From Protoeuglena noctilucae (taxonomy: Eukaryota), in NCBI GenBank assembly GCA_958009085.1, contig OY253678.1, positions 1 through 64,000 of the forward strand: a DNA stretch of 64,000 nucleotides, read 5' to 3'. Shown here in pieces: positions 59,001 through 64,000 of this stretch. Position 1 is the stretch's first letter. Each line of letters opens with the position of its first letter. The position numbers were made by a program, and so were the translations under genes. The notes beneath the pieces are model-generated. The model was not told the DNA's origin, ran no database searches, and saw only the letters and a program-made list of their open reading frames with translations.

Positions 59001-62000
59001 GGTGGCCAGATCCGCAGCTGTGATGTCCGGGGGAGGGGTGGAGAGAGACCAGGAGCCGCGGAGTGAGAGTGGCGGGGTGGCGTGGGACGAGGTGGGGTTG
59101 GTGCTTGGGTGAGTATGCGAGTGTGCGGCGTGGGTGGTGAGGGCGTCGGCAAAGGCGTCCGGGAAGAGGTCGTCCCTCCTTGGGCCGAAGGAGGAGGCGC
59201 GGAGGAGATACTCACTGAGGGGGACGGGGGGGAGAGGGTGATTGAGTGAGGGAGTGAGGGCGTGAGAGGGGGGATAGGGATCGAAGTGGTGAATTCGCGT
59301 TTATCCCATCCCTGCCCCCCCCCCCCCCCTCACCCCAGTACCGCGGGCAGCGCGGCGACCATGGCCTTGACGACGATGCGCGGCACGAGGGCGTTGAGCA
59401 CCACCTTGACTAAGGCCGTGGGGACGGGGAGGGAGGCGCCGGTGAGGGACTTGGAGAGGTCGACGATGGAGAACTGGGCACCACTGAATGGGGGGAGAGG
59501 GGTGGGGGTGAGTGAGTGAGTCAGTGGGTGAGTGAGGGAGTGAGTGAGTGAGTCAGGGAGGGAGGGAGAGACTGTGTGTGTGAGTGAGAGTCTAGGAGAG
59601 TCTAGTCTAGGAGTCAGTAGGTGATAGAGAGAGAGGAAGGGACTTAAAGAGATTGACAATGGCGAGCTGGGTAACGCTTAAGTACACACCCATGCACTGC
59701 CACCCCCACTCCCTCTGCTCACCATCGCTTACACAAACACCCCCAACCCCATCCCATCTCACCCCGGACACTGCCACCCCGTGGCCGTGGTGTATTCCGC
59801 CGTGACTGCCAGCGTCACGATCGCCCTCAACGTCAGCTCCTGCGCCTGCAGGCTGGGCACCTTGGACCCGGAGTCCCCACGCAGGCGAAGGCCGTGGATG
59901 CGGATGTCGAGGAGGAGGCCCCTGTGTGGGGGAGTAATTGAATGATTGAGTGATATAGTGGTTGAGTGATTGAGTGAGTGGTGAGAGGGTGTGCGTGGAT
60001 GCGGATGTCCGACCGGAGGAACATGGGTGTGGGAGTGGTTGTGTTGGCGAGTGTTGCACACGGGCAGAGTAGCAGAGATGCTGGGCTACACACGCTGCAC
60101 GCAGCACGTTCCCAGCATCGTAATGCAGCACGTGACTTTCGCACCCCCCATTACCCACTCTTACCTGGGATCCCCCTCCGCCCCCTCCGCGTCCCCCCAC
60201 GACGCCGACCCGCCTGGCAACGACCCTGCTGCCCCACTCTCTGCTTTGCCACTCCCCATTCCCCCAGTCGCTGCTCTGGCACTCTGGTTAATACCAGGCA
60301 ACGACCCTGCTCCCTCAGTCTGCTCTTTGCCACTCGGAGCATGGGCATTTGGTTGAGCGCCCGATGCCGCACCGCCACTCCCCGTTGCCCCAGTAGCTGC
60401 TTTGGAACTCCGGTCCCCTCCCACACTTACACCGCCACTCCCGCCGCCACTCCTCACTCCCCCCATCTCTGCGCTGGCAGCACTGCTACCCCTGGCATGC
60501 ACATGCGCGCCTGCATTACCACTGCCCTCCCTCGCACCCGCACCCGCACCCGCCTCCCCACCACCCCCACTACCACTCACGCCTCTCCCATCGCTCGCCA
60601 CCTCATGCCCCCCCCCTGCCCCACCGCAGCTCTCCTTCATCGCCACCTCCACCCCCTCCACACCCACTCCCCGCATCTCTGGCATTGTCAACGACACCGC
60701 TTCCCCATGATTCTTGGTAGGGGCACTCATCGCAACCCCACCGTCACCCGCCACCCCCAACCCATCATGCCCATCCCTCGCACCCTCCCCTTCCCCATCC
60801 ACCCCCACCCCGCCACTCCCACCACCCCTCTCCATACCACCCTCACCGCCACCCCCACTGCCACCCCCCATACCACCACCCCCCACATGCCCCCCCCCGT
60901 GCACAGACTCCCCACTTACGCCTTCCCCCACCCCAGCCCCCACCCACGAGGCGTGTCGTGACGGCTGGCCTTCCTCCCCACTCGCATTCACCGCGAACCC
61001 CGTCAGGTCTTGGGACGGCACGCGGGGGAGGGGGTGGCCATGAGCGGTGGCAGTGGCAGTGGCATGGGTGGAGTCGATGTGAGGGGGGCGGGGGCGGTGG
61101 AGCATTGCGAAGAGCTTCTGGGGATGAGAGGGAAAGGGATGAGACATAAAAGATATGATATATAGTACACTTGATATTGGCCAATATCTAGCAACACGTC
61201 AGCACTCCTGCATGCAGCTCTGCCATTCCCCCACCCACCCCTCCCCCTCACCTCCCCCATCCCCACTTTGGCCCCACCCCCCGTCGACGCCGCCTGACTC
61301 TCCGCATCCCCATCCCCGCGCGTACCCCCACCCGTCACCGCAGCGCCCAGCTTGCTGCCCATGCGGCTGATGGCGCCGCGCATGCGCTCACGCAAACGCC
61401 CACCGCTCTCGGGGGAACCCTCGTGGACACTGCCATTGCCACTGACACCCATACCAACACTTCCAACCAAATTACCACCACTGCCACCCATACCACCACC
61501 ACCCATATTCGCTGCCACTCCCAGGTGCCCCGGCGCCCCCCCCGGCAGCCCCCGCCTCCGCGCCAAGCTCAGCGGCGCACCCACGCCCACGCCCGCCACC
61601 CCCCCGCCCTCACTCGCATCGCCTGCACTCGACAGCATGTGATACCTCGTGCCCCCCTCCTCTCCACCCCCACCCTCCTCCACCCCATCTCCCACCGCAG
61701 TCTCCACCTCCCCCATCACCCCACCCCCTGTCTCCCACACCACCCCCCCACTCCCCCCCCCGTCTCCCGACGGTTCCCTCATGTCCCCCTCATTTAGGGG
61801 CTCTAACCCCATTCCCTCCCCTTCCCCCTCCGATCGCTTCGCCAGTTTCGCCATCGTGCTCCGGAGCTTGTCCCTCGCACTCAACAAACTCCCACGCAAC
61901 CCCGCCCCCTTCGCCCCACTTTTCGACGCGCTCCCACCGCCCGCCTCTTGCCCCGGCGATGCCTGCGCGCTCGACGCTGGGCTGGAAAAGGGGTACTTTG

Positions 62001-64000
62001 GGGGAGTAGACGTGTTTGCCGGTTCCCGTGCCTCTGCGACGGGACCGGCGGGGCGCGTGGCGGGGTGGCCGCGGGCGGGGGTAGGCAGGTCACTAGGTGC
62101 GGGGCCTGGGGGGCCAGAGTGCTCCCGGCGGGGTGGATGGCGAGCGGGGTGGCTCGCGGTGACTGCGGGGGGCGTGCGGCCCGCGAGGGAGAGGGAGAGG
62201 CGGGCGGTGGGGTGGGCGGGGGGTGCGGCGGGGGCGGTGTGGGCGCGGATGTCAAAGGAGCCGGCGAGAGTGGTGACGGAGAGGTCCTCCATTCCCACGT
62301 ACACGCCGTTGCCGCTGCGATGAGGGGTGGGGGATGGTAGAGGTGGGGGTGGGGGTGGGGGGGTGGAGAGCGGTGGGATGGGTAGTGGTAAGGGAAGCGT
62401 GTCGTTGCTGAGTGATGTGGGTGCAAGTGCCCCACGTCACATCTCTCACATACACCTGCATCACTGCAACCCCTGGCTCCATCCCCCTCCCTCACCCGAA
62501 GCAGAACCGGAACCCCTCCGCTGCCGGGCAGTGCATCTCCAGTCGCATGGCGTCGACCTTCTGGGACGTGCGCAGGGCCTCGTCCTTCAGTCGGGCCAGC
62601 TGACGAAGGCCGGCGTCCTCCACCACTGCGGGGAAAAGGAGAGGAAGACGAGGGGATCGAACCCGCAACCGCTTGGTGGTCGATCGACTACGGCACCAGT
62701 GGGGGTGCAGTGAGATTAGTGATGGGGACTGGCGATGTCCCTGTCTCAGTACACAGTACCCTCACCCCATCGCCTCAGCAAACACACACCCCTGTCACTA
62801 TCCCAGCTCCAGCGCACCCCCCCACCACCCCAGCACCCACAACACACGACACGCCCACCCTCCAACCCCCCCCCTTGCCTGCCGTGGCATTGGCGTCCTC
62901 CGCTGCGTCCGCCAATGCCTCCATCTCCGCCGCCTCCTCTCTCAGCAGCCGGACGTTGTCGCGACACGCCGACAGCTGCGCCTCCCACATGCGACGTTGG
63001 GCGGGGGAGGGGGCGGACGAGAGCATCTGCGCCGCCACCGCCGCCTGGGTCTCGTTCGCGGCGAGCTTTTCCTGCGATGAAAGAGCGAAACGATGAATGG
63101 AATGGGAGAGATATGACTGTGTGGGCACAGCAGGCCAGGTGACGGGGCAAGGCGCTGCGCATATCAGGTGCTCTCTGCGACCCTGGCTCTCACTCGCAGC
63201 GCTGCCACGTCTCTGCGGAGGTCCTCGATCCCCATATCGTTCTCACCGTCGTCCGCCTCCATCGCCGGAGCCTGCGCGGAGCATCGAAAACGAACGATAC
63301 TAAAAACCAGTCCGCGAAAGCTCTCCAAGACGCAGGCAGGCACATGCCAGCGCCTGGGGCTCACTTCGCGAGTGAATATCTCGACCGCTGCGTCTCCCGC
63401 CAGCTCCTGCCGCTTCCGGGCGCGGCGCGTGAGCACGCCCTGCAGCACCGCTTTGCCCAGGCGCCCGCCGCCCGATGCGGCAGGCGCAGGGGCCGAGGAT
63501 CCCGCAGAGCCGTTGGAGTAAAAGTCCAAAAACGACTGGAGCGACCGCTGCGCCTGCTTCACTTGAGACTGCGTGCCGGTTGGGAGCGGAGCGGTTAAGG
63601 AAACTCGTGACGTGGTGGGGAGCGAAAGGCGGGACGGGGCCGCAGATGCATCGCACACAAATGTCAGGGACTACAAATTACACGTGCTGAATGGGAAGAA
63701 GTTTGCTTTAAAAGCCCAGCATCGCGCAACGGGCATAGGGAGTTGTGTCACGCCCTTTCCGAGCCCCACGCTCCGCGCGCGTGCGCTCAGCCTCTCACCT
63801 CAAGGCCTTCTCGAACCTTGGCCAATTGCGTGACGGTCTCCTTGAGCATGGCGCGCTCCTCGGCCGACTCGGCGCGGCGGGCCGTGTCCAGGTCCGCTGC
63901 GGTGGCCTGCAGCGACAGCATCTGAGCCCGGGCGGTCTGTAGCGCTTCCCGGGCGGCTAAGGACCTCGACGCGAGGTCTGCGTATCGCTCGTCCATCCTC
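56054..64000 (-). CDS. Large uncharacterised protein, 5' end at or beyond the window edge: N-terminal coiled coil, long Gly-rich inserts, possible TULIP/BPI-like lipid-binding segment
   Basis: Series of frame-compatible exons with canonical splice sites: ..QTARAQMLSLQ.., VVEDAGLRQLARLK..FRFCFG|GNGVYVGMEDL, LLLDIRIHGLRL..ELTLRAIVTL, LPVPTALVKVVLNALVPRIV, final exon ending AFATGR*. It could be more than one gene. Confidence 0.6.
58600..58720 (-). repeat. Coding 24-nt repeat encoding Gly/Ser linker (GSGSGSAG)n
   Basis: GCCACCCGCACTGCCACTCCCACT repeated in tandem within ORF 58296..58901. Confidence 0.8.

Overview
Left end of a chromosome from a very GC-rich, intron-rich eukaryote, most consistent with a green alga (TTAGGG telomere; plant-type BIN4, IREG-type ferroportin and CYP85-clan-like P450; the taxon is inferred, not proven). 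After ~250 bp of (CCCTAA)n come an intronless tRNA-Ile(UAU) and 16 spliced host protein genes: PAF-acetylhydrolase, NEK kinase, ferroportin, MSH6, CWF19L1, a coiled-coil protein, SPF30, a 4-TM protein, a P450, a DUF975-like membrane protein, an OSCA/TMEM63-like channel, NDUFS4, BIN4, ICMT, an ENT and a large unknown protein cut by the window end. A 5,573-bp Plavaka-type DNA transposon with imperfect TIRs, a 2-bp TSD and a spliced transposase sits in a divergent promoter. Most unusual: (1) at least a dozen internal splice junctions have tandem, partly decayed copies (splice site plus adjacent exon bases) inside their own intron; (2) at least 15 introns use GC donors; (3) two in-frame TAR codons interrupt otherwise intact coding sequence, one in the transposase and one in the host gene next to it. 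Gene models were assembled by eye, family calls come from remembered motifs rather than searches, and CDS coordinates span start to stop including introns.
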